Of a DNA stretch of 64,000 bases, positions 50,469 through 61,955 are shown piece by piece. The notes below the pieces were generated by a model. That model had not been told where the DNA came from, did not search any database, and saw only the letters and a program-made list of their open reading frames with translations. Both the position numbers and the translations under genes were made by a program. The DNA is from Aureliella sp. (GTDB lineage: Bacteria; Planctomycetota; Planctomycetia; Pirellulales; Pirellulaceae). The first letter of the stretch is position 1. The number at the start of each line of letters is the position of its first letter. The stretch lies in contig OY829846.1 of the NCBI GenBank assembly GCA_963691875.1, positions 1,184,001 to 1,248,000 of the forward strand. The letters are read 5' to 3'.

Positions 50469-52070
50469 CTAAGTAGCAGTCGGTGGCGTGTACTCGTAAG
50501 GAGCCGAGAAACCGAGCGGAATTCCAATTGCCCAGTAGATGAGCAGGAATATCGTCCAGCAGATCAAGAAGCAAACTGAGTAGGGAATCATCATCGCACC
50601 TACAGTCCCAATCCCTGTACCTTTCACATAACGCTGGCAGAAGACAACAACAAGTGGAAAGTAGGGCATCATTGGCGTGATGATATTTGTCGTGCTGTCG
50701 CCGACGCGGTAAGCACATTGAGTCAACTCAGGGGAGATCCCAAGGAGCATCAGCATGGGGACAAAGATGGGAGCCAACATTGCCCACTTAGCGGATGCGG
50801 AACCGATCAAGAGATTCACGCACGCGGAAAGAAAGATAATTCCTACGATTGTTACCGGTGCGCCAAGTTGAGCTTGCTCCAGGAAGTTCGCACCCTTCAC
50901 TGCAATCAAAATACCGATCTGCGATTCTCGAAATGAAGCGATGAACAGTGCCGCAAAAAACACAAGCACTAAGTAATACCCCATCGACTCCATCACCTTG
51001 GACATACCCTTAATGATATCACGATGCGACTGAAACTTGCCCGATACGTAACCGCAGACAATTCCTGGAATCACAAAGAACAAAAAGATCAACGGGACAA
51101 TCGACGCCATCATGGCGGCCGGTGGTCTGTAAGAGGTGAGTGAACCATTTTCCGCTCGCAATGCTGATGATTCAGGCCAAGCCCAGGCAACCAACAGAGC
51201 GATGCAAACCAGGATTGCGACCAAACCAGCCATCATTCCTCTAAATTCTTGGTCGGTTAATGGCTCCAGCTTCGGCATTTCGTCGGGATCACCATCGATC
51301 ACGGTATCCTTCAAACGCGGTTCGATGACTCGATCTGTCAAGAACCAGCCGACGGCAATGATCAACACCGAAGAAGCGGATGTAAAGAAGAGATTGCACA
51401 GTGGGTTGACTGCAAGATCCTTGTCAATCAGTTCGACGCCTTCTTGTGTCAGACCTTGAAGTAGCGGATCGATTCCAGAAGGAATGAAGTTCGCACTAAA
51501 TCCACCTGAGACTCCCGCAAAGGCTGCTGCGATTCCCGCCAAGGGATGACGCCCTGCCGCGTAGAACATAACGCCACCAATGGGAATAACCAGCACGTAC
51601 CCGGCGTCGGCCGCAGTATGACTCACGATGGCAACGAGGATCAGCAGTGGTGTAAGCAAAATCTTGGGAGCTACAGAAAGCATCGCTTTAAGAACGGAGT
51701 TGATGAAACCGGAGTGCTCAGCGACACCAACACCCAAGAGAGCGACGAGCACAACTCCTAGCGGATGAAACTCGACAAACTCTTTGACCATCCCGGACAG
51801 GAAGGCCGCAAATTGCTCCAGACTGAGCAAATTGACGATTTGAATCGGTTCCGCATTTTCGCCAGGCTCCAACCTGCCCGGTAACACTTCGGTAAACTCA
51901 AAGCTGGACAGAATTGCTGAAAGCCCCCAAACGGCGAACATACCGAAAAGAAAAAGGACTGCGGGATCGGGCAATTTGTTGCCTAACCATTCCAGCCCAT
52001 TCAAAGCTCGAACGATGAATCCTTGTTGTGCTGCGTTAGGTGCGGGGTTGGAGGCGGAAGTGTCAGTCAT
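50469..52070 (-). CDS. AbgT-family transporter
   Basis: LEWLGNKLPDP, GRHPLAGI, GGFSAN, SASAKW, YRVGDSTTNIITP. Confidence 0.92.
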   Translation of the reverse strand: MTDTSASNPAPNAAQQGFIVRALNGLEWLGNKLPDPAVLFLFGMFAVWGLSAILSSFEFTEVLPGRLEPGENAEPIQIVNLLSLEQFAAFLSGMVKEFVEFHPLGVVLVALLGVGVAEHSGFINSVLKAMLSVAPKILLTPLLILVAIVSHTAADAGYVLVIPIGGVMFYAAGRHPLAGIAAAFAGVSGGFSANFIPSGIDPLLQGLTQEGVELIDKDLAVNPLCNLFFTSASSVLIIAVGWFLTDRVIEPRLKDTVIDGDPDEMPKLEPLTDQEFRGMMAGLVAILVCIALLVAWAWPESSALRAENGSLTSYRPPAAMMASIVPLIFLFFVIPGIVCGYVSGKFQSHRDIIKGMSKVMESMGYYLVLVFFAALFIASFRESQIGILIAVKGANFLEQAQLGAPVTIVGIIFLSACVNLLIGSASAKWAMLAPIFVPMLMLLGISPELTQCAYRVGDSTTNIITPMMPYFPLVVVFCQRYVKGTGIGTVGAMMIPYSVCFLICWTIFLLIYWAIGIPLGFSAPYEYTPPTAT

Positions 52071-52422
52071 TGGATCGACCTTGCAAGCAGAAGGGAGCAA
52101 GGGCAGACAGGCCCTAGCATCGGAAAAATTGGGAAAGGCTAACATTCTGACGCATTCCAGTTCGCCACACAATGAAGTGACTGGATTGCTTCAAGCCCAC
52201 AAAAATCGTGGTCGATGGCACCATTGTGATGGCGATATTCGAGCAGGCCGAATCAGGTTTTCAAACTATTGGTCGCTGGCTCAACGCCGTGATCCTGCGT
52301 TTTATCGGTTCGGCCTGAAGCCAGCACGTTCGAATTATTTCACCAACTGGGGAAATTTCGACCTACCCTGGTGTATCGCCTCTCTTCTGCGTCCCAGCGT
52401 TGCCCCTCGCTCGATTTCTAAC

Positions 52423-53568
52423 ATGAGTCACAACTCGCAAGTCGAAATTCGAGTGGCGTCATCCGCTGCGGACCGTCTCGCCTTCATTCGGCTACCTTGG
52501 AGTCTTTATGACCAAGACGCATACTGGGTACCGCCCGTCATCGCGGACCAAAAGGAATTCTTAGACCCGAAGCGTGGCAACTTCTTCGAGTACGGCAAAG
52601 CGAAGTTGTTCCTTGCATACCGCGGCGAAAAACTCATCGGGCGAATTTCTGCTCAGACCAACTCACGTTACGAACACATCCATGATCCGAAGAAAGGGTT
52701 CATGGGATTCTTTGAGTGCGAAGACTCCGAAGAAACGGTTCAAGCACTTACCAATGCGGCCGAGGGTTGGCTGAAAGCTCAAGGCAAGACAACCATAGAA
52801 GGTCCGTATAGTTTCTCGATATACGACGAGATCGGTATTCAACTGGATTCCTTCGAGACAGCACCTTACGTAATGACGGTGCACAATCGGCCCTACTATG
52901 CCGCTCTGTTGGAGAGCCAAGGCTACTCCAAACAAGTCGACTGGTATGCGTATCGAGTGACTTACCAAGATTGTTTCGAATCGTTGCCGAAAAAGTACGC
53001 TCGCGTCTACGACCGGGTCATCAAACAAGGCAACATGACGTTGCGTCGAGTTAATGTCGGTAAGGGTTTTACCCGCGATGCGGAGATCATCCAGGATATC
53101 TTCAATGATGCTTGGAACGAAAACTGGGGACACGTGCCGCTGACCGACCGCGAGTTCAGGCGGATCGCAAAATTCTTGCGACTGGTGTCTTGTCCTGAGT
53201 TGTCTCTTATCGCCGAAGTAGACGGGAGGCCAGCCGGCTGCTCCATAGTACTTTACGACGCCAATGAAGTCGTAAAAAAGATGAATGGCAAGCTGTACCC
53301 TTTCGGGTTCCTGAAACTGCTCTGGGGGCTAAAGAAAACCAACCGAGCACGCCTAATCATCATGGGGATGCGAGAACAGTATCGTGGCAAGGGCTACGAC
53401 TTAGGATTCTATTTGCATCTTATCGAGCAAAGCCAAGGTTTGAATCTAAACGAACTTGAGCTGTCGGTCGTAGTTGAAACCAATCGGGCGTTGCTTCAAA
53501 CACTCGATAAGCTTCCAGGCGTCGAACGATATAAGACGTATCGCATTTTTCAGAAATCTCTCGCCTGA
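52423..53568 (+). CDS. YghO-like tandem GNAT acyltransferase (bacterial ceramide synthase-like family)
   Basis: FIRLPWSLY..D.YWVPP, GRISA, GFMGFFEC, GPYSFS, HNRPYY, FNDAWNENWG, YRGKG, YKTYRIF. Confidence 0.8.
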   Translation: MSHNSQVEIRVASSAADRLAFIRLPWSLYDQDAYWVPPVIADQKEFLDPKRGNFFEYGKAKLFLAYRGEKLIGRISAQTNSRYEHIHDPKKGFMGFFECEDSEETVQALTNAAEGWLKAQGKTTIEGPYSFSIYDEIGIQLDSFETAPYVMTVHNRPYYAALLESQGYSKQVDWYAYRVTYQDCFESLPKKYARVYDRVIKQGNMTLRRVNVGKGFTRDAEIIQDIFNDAWNENWGHVPLTDREFRRIAKFLRLVSCPELSLIAEVDGRPAGCSIVLYDANEVVKKMNGKLYPFGFLKLLWGLKKTNRARLIIMGMREQYRGKGYDLGFYLHLIEQSQGLNLNELELSVVVETNRALLQTLDKLPGVERYKTYRIFQKSLA

Positions 53569-53871
53569 AAACGGATCGCTTTCTGGTTTTCGGGCTCGTA
53601 AGGCGTCGAGGAATACTTTTCTTCAGGCCCGGTTTGTCGAATCTTCTCCGCGAGAGTCGGGCGGCTGCGGAATCTTGCCAGCAGCTGGAACTGCTTTCGC
53701 ATTGCACAATGTGACGAAACTCGTTTTAGCTAAAGCCCCAACTTCATGGAGCGGCGAAAGCCTGCACTCCAGCGCGCGAAAAAAGGCTGATTCGCAAGCA
53801 GCAATGCTTACGAACCAGCCCAAATATATGATGTCGTGTTGGGTCAGTGGCTGTCCATCGACCTGAACGGC

Positions 53872-54090
53872 TTAGATAACGCCGCCGTGCACACGGTAAG
53901 GCGTCATGTGGTCAGGCTGATCGACCATCCAGAAACGTTCCCATTCCTGCAGAAGCAAACGCAGGTTTTCGGACGTGTATACCAACTGTTCCGCCCGTCG
54001 CTCGGGGTTCGCAGAATAGATGGGAATAGCACAACCTACACTTGTAGACATGCAACCCAAGAGTAAAGCAGCACAAATCCAGCGTCGCAT
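53872..54090 (-). CDS. Small lipoprotein, planctomycete-type
   Basis: RBS GGAG; MRRW...SVGC lipobox; SENLR...EWERFWMVDQPDHMTPYRVHGG. Confidence 0.72.
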   Translation of the reverse strand: MRRWICAALLLGCMSTSVGCAIPIYSANPERRAEQLVYTSENLRLLLQEWERFWMVDQPDHMTPYRVHGGVI

Positions 54091-54164
54091 TCTAGCTCCT
54101 CCGTGAACAAAATCGGCCAATCCCTTGGCACTTAAATTGAGCAATATGTTTTCCAGCCAATTCC

Positions 54165-54563
54165 TCAAGATGTGCTTGGAGGATTTGAGCTGTCATCATT
54201 TGATAGTTGAGGAAAGGTGCGATCCATACTGGTGGTTCGCGGCCCCTCGTTCATATGCATTTCCGCTTTGCGGTTCGCCGCGTCTTCAAGCTCCTGGACG
54301 CGAGCTTCCATCTCTTTCCCAGGCTTAAAAGTCACGACAAACTTCTCAGGCACGTCAACTTGCCGACCAGTGCGTGGATTGCGAGCCTTACGCGCTTTGC
54401 GACTCTTGACCTGGAATACGCCAAAGTTGCGAAGCTCAACCCGCTTTTCGTCCAGTAATGTTTCGACAATGCCATCAAAGGTAAGCTGCACAATCTCTTT
54501 TATTTGGAGCTGTGTCAGCCCAGTCTTATCTGAAATCGATTTAACGATCTCTTTCTTGGTCAC
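54165..54563 (-). CDS. HU/IHF-family DNA-binding protein with C-terminal extension
   Basis: GTG start TKKEIV..., [24 protein letters not shown]. Confidence 0.92.
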   Translation of the reverse strand: MTKKEIVKSISDKTGLTQLQIKEIVQLTFDGIVETLLDEKRVELRNFGVFQVKSRKARKARNPRTGRQVDVPEKFVVTFKPGKEMEARVQELEDAANRKAEMHMNEGPRTTSMDRTFPQLSNDDSSNPPSTS

Positions 54564-54869
54564 TTCATTTCGCTCCAGCGAAGGTCTCGCAAACGCCATA
54601 AGTCATTTGCGGGCAACAACTTAATATCGCTGAGGATAATGGTCACCAATTGATGCGTCAAGGTCCTCAAGCCATGTTTAGGCCCCTCTGGGGCCTCGCC
54701 CACTGCCGCTAGAATCTATTCGCACACTGCTGTAATCGTCAGCACAGGCCGCAAACTTTATAGAATCCGACCATTCCCTGCCTCCGTCGCCACGCGAAAG
54801 ATCCAATCGTTCGCAACTTGGCAATTACCTTTCCAGCACGCATCTCGAAGTCCAACCAAGTAGCCTATC

Positions 54870-57209
54870 TTGACCAGCTTTGCTAATGACGAGCGATTTC
54901 TTCGGCTGTCGCGTTGGGCTGCCTTCTTCCTGGGACTAATTCTCCCAGCAGTTGGCTACTGGGCCGCTCAGCTAAGGGTAGGAACAACCTTTGTTGAAGC
55001 ATGGCTGCCAGGCAACGACGTGGCCCGAACCAAGTATCGAGAGTTCCGAAAGCAATTCGGGGAAGATCAATACTTAATCGTGAGTTGGCCAAGTTGCACG
55101 ATCTCGGACCCGCGATTGCTGAAGATGAACGAGCAATTGCTTCTGCTCGCCTCCACGCATCCTGAACTTCATATCTCCAGCATTGGCAATTCCCAGGCGT
55201 TACTCAGCACGATGGTCGACTCGCTGAGCAGTGCAACAAAAGACCAACGACGCGTTCTAACGCTCGCCAAGAATAGACTGCGTGGAATTGCATTGGGCAA
55301 GAACGACGAAGCCTTTGTTTCGCTGGCACTGGCCCAAGCGGAAGTAGAGACGAGAGCTGATTTGGTTGAGCACATTCGCCGTATCGGCAAGGAGATCCTC
55401 GGCGACGAGAAACTGATCTTGGCTGGCGAGCCATTTCAGATTCATATAATCGATAAGTCAAGTCGCGAAACGATGCGAAGGCTAGTTCCGCCCTCTGCAT
55501 GCGTCGCCATGTTCATTGCTTGGCTCTGCATTCGCCACGTTTCGCTTACCTTAATTGTTATGGGGTTTGCCGGTCTCGGGCAACTGATGGGAATGGCTGC
55601 GGTAAGCCTATTCGTCGGCGAGATGGCTGTGGTGCTCGTCGTACTACCAACACTGGTCTTCATGCTCACGCTTTCAGCCAGCGTGCATCTCGCCAGCTAC
55701 TTTGTTCGCGCTGACCAAAGAGATTCTAGCTCGGCTGGAGTTCAGACCGTTCGCCTTGGCGGCTGGCCTTGTTCCCTCGCGAGTCTTACGACTGCGATTG
55801 GATTCGGCTCACTTGCCGCTAGCCAACTAGCTCCTGTTTGGCGATTCGGTTCCCTGTCTGCCATCTCTTTGATCGCCACCACAGCTTTGACACTCTCAGC
55901 TTTTCCCTACGTCTCTCAGCGTTTTGCCAAACTGACACTGTGGAAGCGAAAAACCACGGAAGATGCTGAGCAAACATTGAATGGTCAAGGTTCCACGACA
56001 CTTGCTGCTGCTGCGAACACGATTGCGGACTTCACCAATAAATTCAGCTTACGTATCAGTTTGATCGGAATCTTAGTTCTGGTGCTCAGCAGCCTTGGAC
56101 TTGGGCGTTTGAAAACCTCGACTGAATTCCAGCATATGTTTCCGCCAGAAAGCGAAGCTGTCGAGAGCTTGCTTTGGGTCCGAGAACACCTAGGTCCGCT
56201 TGAGTCGCTTGAAGTCTTGGTCAGCTTGCCACATGCAAAAGACGAGGGAGTCGACTTCGACGAGCTGCTACTTCTTGAGGAGCTACAAACTCAGCTCGCT
56301 ACGCTTACGGGAGTTGACTCTGTGTTCTCAGTCAGCAGTTTCCTGCCCCCATTGCCACGCCAAGGCGGACTTAGCAGCACCGTTCGGAAGACGCTCGTTC
56401 GCAAGAAAGTGGAATCGCAGCTCTCAGAACTAAAGGCACGCGGCCTTTTCTCGAACGAAAACAATCGAAACACGTGGCGGTTTACCTTACGTTTGAGAGA
56501 AACGCAACATCTAAGCTTCGTAGAAGTGCGAGCGGAACTTGACGATCGCGTTCAATCAATCCTAAAAGATTCTGCTGCCGCTGCTTCCTTGAAAAACCGA
56601 TTTAAACCACCACTCGGCTACGAAGTGACCGGCCTGCGAAGCATTGTGGATAAAGCTCACTATGCTTTGATCTCCGATTTGGTCACCAGCTTCGCCGCAG
56701 CATTTTTGCTCATCACTCCCATTATGATGTGGATCGCAGGCGGCGTCATTCGAGGCCTAGTTTTGATGATTCCGAATGTTCTCCCCGTAGCCCTTGTGTT
56801 TGGTATCATGGGCTGGGCTGGTGTGAAACTGGATGTGGCAAGCATCCTGACCGCCAGCGTGGCACTTGGGATCGCAGTGGATGACACCTTACACTTCGTG
56901 ATTGCATTTTTGCGGCGAAGGCAATCTGGCGATAGTCCGGATGCGGCTACACACTACGCAATCGCCGTGTGCGCTAAACCCATGTTGCAAACGACGCTGA
57001 TCTGCTCGGCGGCGATGTCACCGTTTTTCTTCAGCGACTTTCTGCCAACTAGCAAGTTCGCCTTACTGATGATCCTAATCCTATCCGGTGCAATCGTAGG
57101 AGACTTGTTACTCCTTCCGGCGATACTGCAGAGTCCTTGGGGACGAAACATTGGCATGAAAGGGCGTAAGAATCAAATTGGGATCGAAGAGGGCGAGGCG
57201 CCAAGCTAA
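54870..57209 (+). CDS. MMPL/RND-family transporter
   Basis: Two repeats of TM + periplasmic loop + 5 TM; TTAIGFGSL, ALGIAVDDTLH, GDLLLLPA. Confidence 0.88.
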   Translation: MTSFANDERFLRLSRWAAFFLGLILPAVGYWAAQLRVGTTFVEAWLPGNDVARTKYREFRKQFGEDQYLIVSWPSCTISDPRLLKMNEQLLLLASTHPELHISSIGNSQALLSTMVDSLSSATKDQRRVLTLAKNRLRGIALGKNDEAFVSLALAQAEVETRADLVEHIRRIGKEILGDEKLILAGEPFQIHIIDKSSRETMRRLVPPSACVAMFIAWLCIRHVSLTLIVMGFAGLGQLMGMAAVSLFVGEMAVVLVVLPTLVFMLTLSASVHLASYFVRADQRDSSSAGVQTVRLGGWPCSLASLTTAIGFGSLAASQLAPVWRFGSLSAISLIATTALTLSAFPYVSQRFAKLTLWKRKTTEDAEQTLNGQGSTTLAAAANTIADFTNKFSLRISLIGILVLVLSSLGLGRLKTSTEFQHMFPPESEAVESLLWVREHLGPLESLEVLVSLPHAKDEGVDFDELLLLEELQTQLATLTGVDSVFSVSSFLPPLPRQGGLSSTVRKTLVRKKVESQLSELKARGLFSNENNRNTWRFTLRLRETQHLSFVEVRAELDDRVQSILKDSAAAASLKNRFKPPLGYEVTGLRSIVDKAHYALISDLVTSFAAAFLLITPIMMWIAGGVIRGLVLMIPNVLPVALVFGIMGWAGVKLDVASILTASVALGIAVDDTLHFVIAFLRRRQSGDSPDAATHYAIAVCAKPMLQTTLICSAAMSPFFFSDFLPTSKFALLMILILSGAIVGDLLLLPAILQSPWGRNIGMKGRKNQIGIEEGEAPS

Positions 57210-57253
57210 GCTCTTGGTCTGCTGCGCCGCATTTTCTTCTTCTCTCTAGCGTT

Positions 57254-60200
57254 TTGATGAACGACCCGAATTCAACGAAACCTGCTGACAAAAAGCCTGT
57301 TGCCAAAGCTTGGATCGACGTAGGTGGGACTTTCACCGACTGCTTCGTCCTCCTCGGCAAATCGGACCTTCGCAGTTGCAAGCTTCTTAGCAGTGGCCGC
57401 GTTCCGATTTCAATTGAAAGCTCATCGCGAGTCGGGACGAAAAGCTACCTTCAGTCGCGGGAAGTCAGGCAAGACACTCCTGATTTCTGGACCGGCGCGC
57501 GTCTACGCGTTTTGGATGCAGAACAGACAGAGCTGGCGCATCTCACTGTGCTGGCTTTTCAACCGTCGGAAAGCGGCCCGTTCCACTTGTTGCTCGATGG
57601 CCAACTCCCTGAGGGGGGCTCGCACTTCGAACTCGACGCTGGCCTGGAAGCACCCGTGCTTGGAATCCGCCGCTTGCTTGGAGTCCCAATTCAAGAATCC
57701 TTGCCGCCGCTTAAAGTGAGTCTCGGAACGACTCGTGGCACCAACGCACTGCTAACGCGCACTGGAGCTAGTACGGTGTTTGCAGTGACTGCTCCCTTCC
57801 GCGATCTCATGACCATTGGCGACCAGACGCGCAATGACCTTTTTGCCCTCGACATCGAGAAGCCAAAGCCGCTGGCCGAATCGGTTATCGAGATTCACGA
57901 GCGACTGGACGCCGATGGTAAAGTGCTACTCGAGCTCGACGAAGAGGCTGCTGCCGCGACTCTGAAGGAAGCCTTTGAGCGAGGGCGAACATCCCTTGCG
58001 ATCTGCTTGATGCACTCTTATGCAAATCCAGCACATGAACAACGAATCAAAGAACTCGCGCAGCAAGTAGGCTTTCAAAACATAAGCGTATCCTCGCAGC
58101 TCGCTCCGCTAATCGAAATTATAGCGCGGGCCCAGACGACGATCGTCGATGCTTACTTGAGCCCGATCATCCGTCAGTACCTGAGAGACTTGCTGCAGCA
58201 GTGCGGCGGAGAGCAAAATGTAGATCTACAAGTGATGACCAGCGCTGGTGGCATGGTTCCTTGGCAGAGTTATTCGGGCAAGGACTCGATACTTTCCGGG
58301 CCTGCGGGCGGCGTGCGGGCGCTTCAGGCTTTGGCTGCCGCGCACGGCGTGGCGGAAGTCATCGGGCTCGACATGGGAGGAACGAGCACGGATGTTTGCC
58401 GTGTCGCCAAAGAGCCGGAGATCCAGTATGAATCTCGCAAGGCAGGTGTTCGACTGCTAACACCAACTCTTCCGATCGAAACCGTCGCGGCCGGCGGAGG
58501 ATCAATCTGTTGGTTCGACGGAGTATCACTACGAGTCGGACCGCAAAGTGCAGGTTCTATGCCCGGCCCCGCATGCTATGGTCGTGGCGGCCCGCTGACC
58601 GTAACAGATCTAAACGTTTACCTGAAAAGAGTGCCAACCGACCAGTTCCCTTTCCCTGTGCATCTACACGCAATCGAAGAAAGACTAGAAGAGTTGCTGG
58701 CGCAAACTCGCAGCGTGGCCAATTTTGGAACGAAGCAAGCCCTTTGCCAAGGTCTCCGCAAGATTGCGAATGAACAAATGGCTGAGGCCGTTCGCAGCGT
58801 CTCCATCGCTCAAGGAGCCGACCCACGTCGAAGCACTCTCGTGGGATTCGGTGGAGCTGCAGGACAGCACATTTGCGAGATCGCCGAATCCTTGGAGATA
58901 GCTTCGATACTGGACTATCCACACGCGGGCCTGCTAAGCGCACTAGGAATGGGCCTCGCCAAACCAAGATGTGATGCCACACTACCTGTCTATTCACTAC
59001 TCGGCGACTTGGATTGGGAAGCACTTGACACGCGCTTGAACACCTCTTTGCAAGAGCTAGTGAGACCCAACAGCCCCGGAAACTCCCTGTCAGAGCAATC
59101 GACGACAGAAGTCTGGCTGGAGATGCGATATCAAGGAACCGAGTCGAGCTTGCGAGTCGCCTTCCACACGAAAATGGCAGAAAAAGCCGAGAGACAACTT
59201 GCAGAAGCTTTTCACCACTTGCACCAAGCGCGCTTTGGCTACCGCCGCAAGGAGCATCCAATTGAACTCGTTGCCATCCGTTTTGAAAACACAGCCCAAG
59301 CTGCCTGGACTCTAGAAACGGCGATAACGGATCCCGAGTCGGAGATCCGTACCTTCACTAAACGAGACAGCTACGAGCGAGACTCGCTGAAGTCTGGTGA
59401 CGTCATCTTGGGACCTTGTGTTGTTTGCAATTCCGGATCGACACTTTATCTAGCAGCAGGCTGGAAAGCGACGTGTCGCCGCGACGGAAGCCTTTTCCTC
59501 GAAACGACCGACGACAGCAGCGCAACTGACGAAACTAACGTCCCCGCCGAGAGCGATCAGTCCGCCGACGTGGTATTCCGCGACTGCTACGCTGCTCGGC
59601 TGAGCGCTATCGCAACTCAGATGGGGCTTGTCTTGCAACAGACTGCGGTTAGCGTAAACGTCAAACAACGGCGTGATTATAGCTGTGCAGTATTCGACTC
59701 AAGCGGAATGCTACTGGCCAATGCGCCGCACGTTCCAGTGCACCTCGGCGCGATGGGACAAACGGTCCGAGCTACGATGGACGCGTTTCCAGAAATGCAA
59801 TCGGGCGACGTTTTCGTCACCAACGATCCGTATCAAGGCGGTTCGCACTTACCGGATTTAACAGTCATCACTCCGGTTTTCTGTTCTGAAAAATCCTCGC
59901 CAGTGATGTTTGTTGCCAACCGCGCCCATCATGCCGATGTCGGTGGTATTTCTCCAGGCTCGATGTCCACTCAAGCAACTAGACTAGGGCAAGAAGGTGC
60001 TGTGATCGCGCCAATGCATTTATATGCCGCTGGGGAAAGTCGCCTTTTGGACTTTCGAGAATTCCTTATGTCTGCGTCTCACCCACCGCGTAATGTCGAG
60101 GAGAACCTCGCCGACATTGGAGCCCAATGTGCTGCGAATGAAAGGGGGCTGGAGTTGCTGGAACAGTACGCAGCTTCCGAATCGTGGGCCCGACTCAACG

Positions 60201-61105
60201 ACTACGCCGAGCACTTGCTGGCTGCAGCCGAGCAGCGTGTCATTAAATTCTTACAAGAGCACAAGCTTCAGAAGTCACAGTTCAAAGACGAACTCGACGA
60301 TGGTTCGCGCATCTGCGTTACTCTCACTCCATCGTCCGAAGGTCGTCTAAAAGTCGACTTCACCGGCACCTCGCAAGAAAACGCAGGAAACTTCAACGCG
60401 AATCCTTCTATCGTAAGTGCCGGGACCATTTACGTGATTCGTTGCCTGATTGGGGACGACATGCCACTAAACGAAGGCGTCCTGCGAGCAGTCGAACTCA
60501 CCATTCCGCCTGGATTATTGAACCCCAGGCCTGCACCAGAGCGGAACAATAGTCCTGCGGTAGCAGCCGGCAATGTCGAGACCTCGCAGCGAGTAGTCGA
60601 TGTTTTGCTAGGAGCTCTGGGAGCAGCAGCAGCTTCACAAGGTACTATGAACAACTTGTTATTTGGCAACGAGCACTTTGGTTTTTATGAAACCATTTGT
60701 GGAGGCAGCGGAGCCACAGCCAATCGCTCGGGTGCTCACTGTGTTCATACTCATATGACTAACACACGGCTTACCGACCCGGAAGTGTTGGAAAAACGCT
60801 ATCCGATTCGGCTGATCGCGTGTGCGCAACGCGTAGGAAGCGGCGGTGCTGGAGCCCAACGCGGAGGCGACGGATTGATTCGTGAGATAGAATTTCTTGA
60901 ACACGTGAGCGTCTCTCTGCTGATGTCGAGACGCAGCACACAACCATTTGGCTTGCAAGGTGGCGGCAGCGGTGCAGCAGGTGAGAATCGTCTCACCTCG
61001 GTCGAAGGCAACTCCAGCCTGGATGGCTGTTGCAACTTTGAAGCACAGCCGGGCGATCGACTTCAAATTAAAACACCCGGCGGCGGTGGCCTCGGATACG
61101 ACTGA
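57254..61105 (+). CDS. 5-oxoprolinase/hydantoinase, fused A and B subunits
   Basis: [84 protein letters not shown]. Confidence 0.93.
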   Translation: MMNDPNSTKPADKKPVAKAWIDVGGTFTDCFVLLGKSDLRSCKLLSSGRVPISIESSSRVGTKSYLQSREVRQDTPDFWTGARLRVLDAEQTELAHLTVLAFQPSESGPFHLLLDGQLPEGGSHFELDAGLEAPVLGIRRLLGVPIQESLPPLKVSLGTTRGTNALLTRTGASTVFAVTAPFRDLMTIGDQTRNDLFALDIEKPKPLAESVIEIHERLDADGKVLLELDEEAAAATLKEAFERGRTSLAICLMHSYANPAHEQRIKELAQQVGFQNISVSSQLAPLIEIIARAQTTIVDAYLSPIIRQYLRDLLQQCGGEQNVDLQVMTSAGGMVPWQSYSGKDSILSGPAGGVRALQALAAAHGVAEVIGLDMGGTSTDVCRVAKEPEIQYESRKAGVRLLTPTLPIETVAAGGGSICWFDGVSLRVGPQSAGSMPGPACYGRGGPLTVTDLNVYLKRVPTDQFPFPVHLHAIEERLEELLAQTRSVANFGTKQALCQGLRKIANEQMAEAVRSVSIAQGADPRRSTLVGFGGAAGQHICEIAESLEIASILDYPHAGLLSALGMGLAKPRCDATLPVYSLLGDLDWEALDTRLNTSLQELVRPNSPGNSLSEQSTTEVWLEMRYQGTESSLRVAFHTKMAEKAERQLAEAFHHLHQARFGYRRKEHPIELVAIRFENTAQAAWTLETAITDPESEIRTFTKRDSYERDSLKSGDVILGPCVVCNSGSTLYLAAGWKATCRRDGSLFLETTDDSSATDETNVPAESDQSADVVFRDCYAARLSAIATQMGLVLQQTAVSVNVKQRRDYSCAVFDSSGMLLANAPHVPVHLGAMGQTVRATMDAFPEMQSGDVFVTNDPYQGGSHLPDLTVITPVFCSEKSSPVMFVANRAHHADVGGISPGSMSTQATRLGQEGAVIAPMHLYAAGESRLLDFREFLMSASHPPRNVEENLADIGAQCAANERGLELLEQYAASESWARLNDYAEHLLAAAEQRVIKFLQEHKLQKSQFKDELDDGSRICVTLTPSSEGRLKVDFTGTSQENAGNFNANPSIVSAGTIYVIRCLIGDDMPLNEGVLRAVELTIPPGLLNPRPAPERNNSPAVAAGNVETSQRVVDVLLGALGAAAASQGTMNNLLFGNEHFGFYETICGGSGATANRSGAHCVHTHMTNTRLTDPEVLEKRYPIRLIACAQRVGSGGAGAQRGGDGLIREIEFLEHVSVSLLMSRRSTQPFGLQGGGSGAAGENRLTSVEGNSSLDGCCNFEAQPGDRLQIKTPGGGGLGYD

Positions 61106-61182
61106 GCTACGCGGTGACGACACAACGTGAATTGCCATCTAGCAGGTTAACGCTTGCAGAAGAGAAACGCGAATAAACAACT

Positions 61183-61515
61183 ATGGAACTTGAACCCTGG
61201 ATCTTGATTCTTGGTGAAGCATCCGAGACATCCGTGGCTACTTGGTCGCCCGATGGGTCTGCCAGCCCGGCAATCGCCTTGTTCTCTACTCGTGCAAAGG
61301 CTGACTGCTATGCCGAGCACCATTGCCCCGATACGTTCAGCAGTGTCCAGCTGCAACGTCCAGAGTTGCTTCAGGTGCTGATTGACGCTTATCGAAACGA
61401 AATGCGTCACGCGGTCCTAGATCCAGCTGCCAGTCAGGCAGGCCAATTGTTCCAGCTCGACCAAGTACTGAAAGCTGCCAAAGAAGAACTTCGGAACCAA
61501 TCTCTGGATAGCTAG
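61183..61515 (+). CDS. Hypothetical protein
   Basis: 110-aa ATG-start ORF with protein-like composition, co-oriented with the upstream genes. Confidence 0.55.
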   Translation: MELEPWILILGEASETSVATWSPDGSASPAIALFSTRAKADCYAEHHCPDTFSSVQLQRPELLQVLIDAYRNEMRHAVLDPAASQAGQLFQLDQVLKAAKEELRNQSLDS

Positions 61516-61955
61516 ACTCTTGATTAAGCGGAATCCCCGTAGCATCCAGTGTCAGAGCGAGAACCTGGAAGAAACGAGGGCTCCCCCTTGTCGCTCACTC
61601 GTTCTTCCAATTTGCGAAAGCCAGTCAAAGCTTCAGTGTGTTGGCCTTCCTCTCTCAACGTACGCAAGTCTTTTTGTGATTCAACGCTGTACTCGCCTCG
61701 TCGTCTTGCAAACATCACCAATTCTGAGCTTTGATTGGATATGAGATCAGCAATCTGCTGACCTATGTGATATGCGATTTGGAACTTCTTCAATAATGCA
61801 TCGAAGGCGAGGAGGTCGCCATCGGCAATACTCTCCAGGGGGCAAGCCGGATAGCAAGGATCGTAAAAGAGCTCCAGATCCTTTCGCTTCCAGTCGATGA
61901 GAGTGCATTTCGGACGCGTGCCCCTACGTAGATCGCCTCTACAACCGCACAGTCC

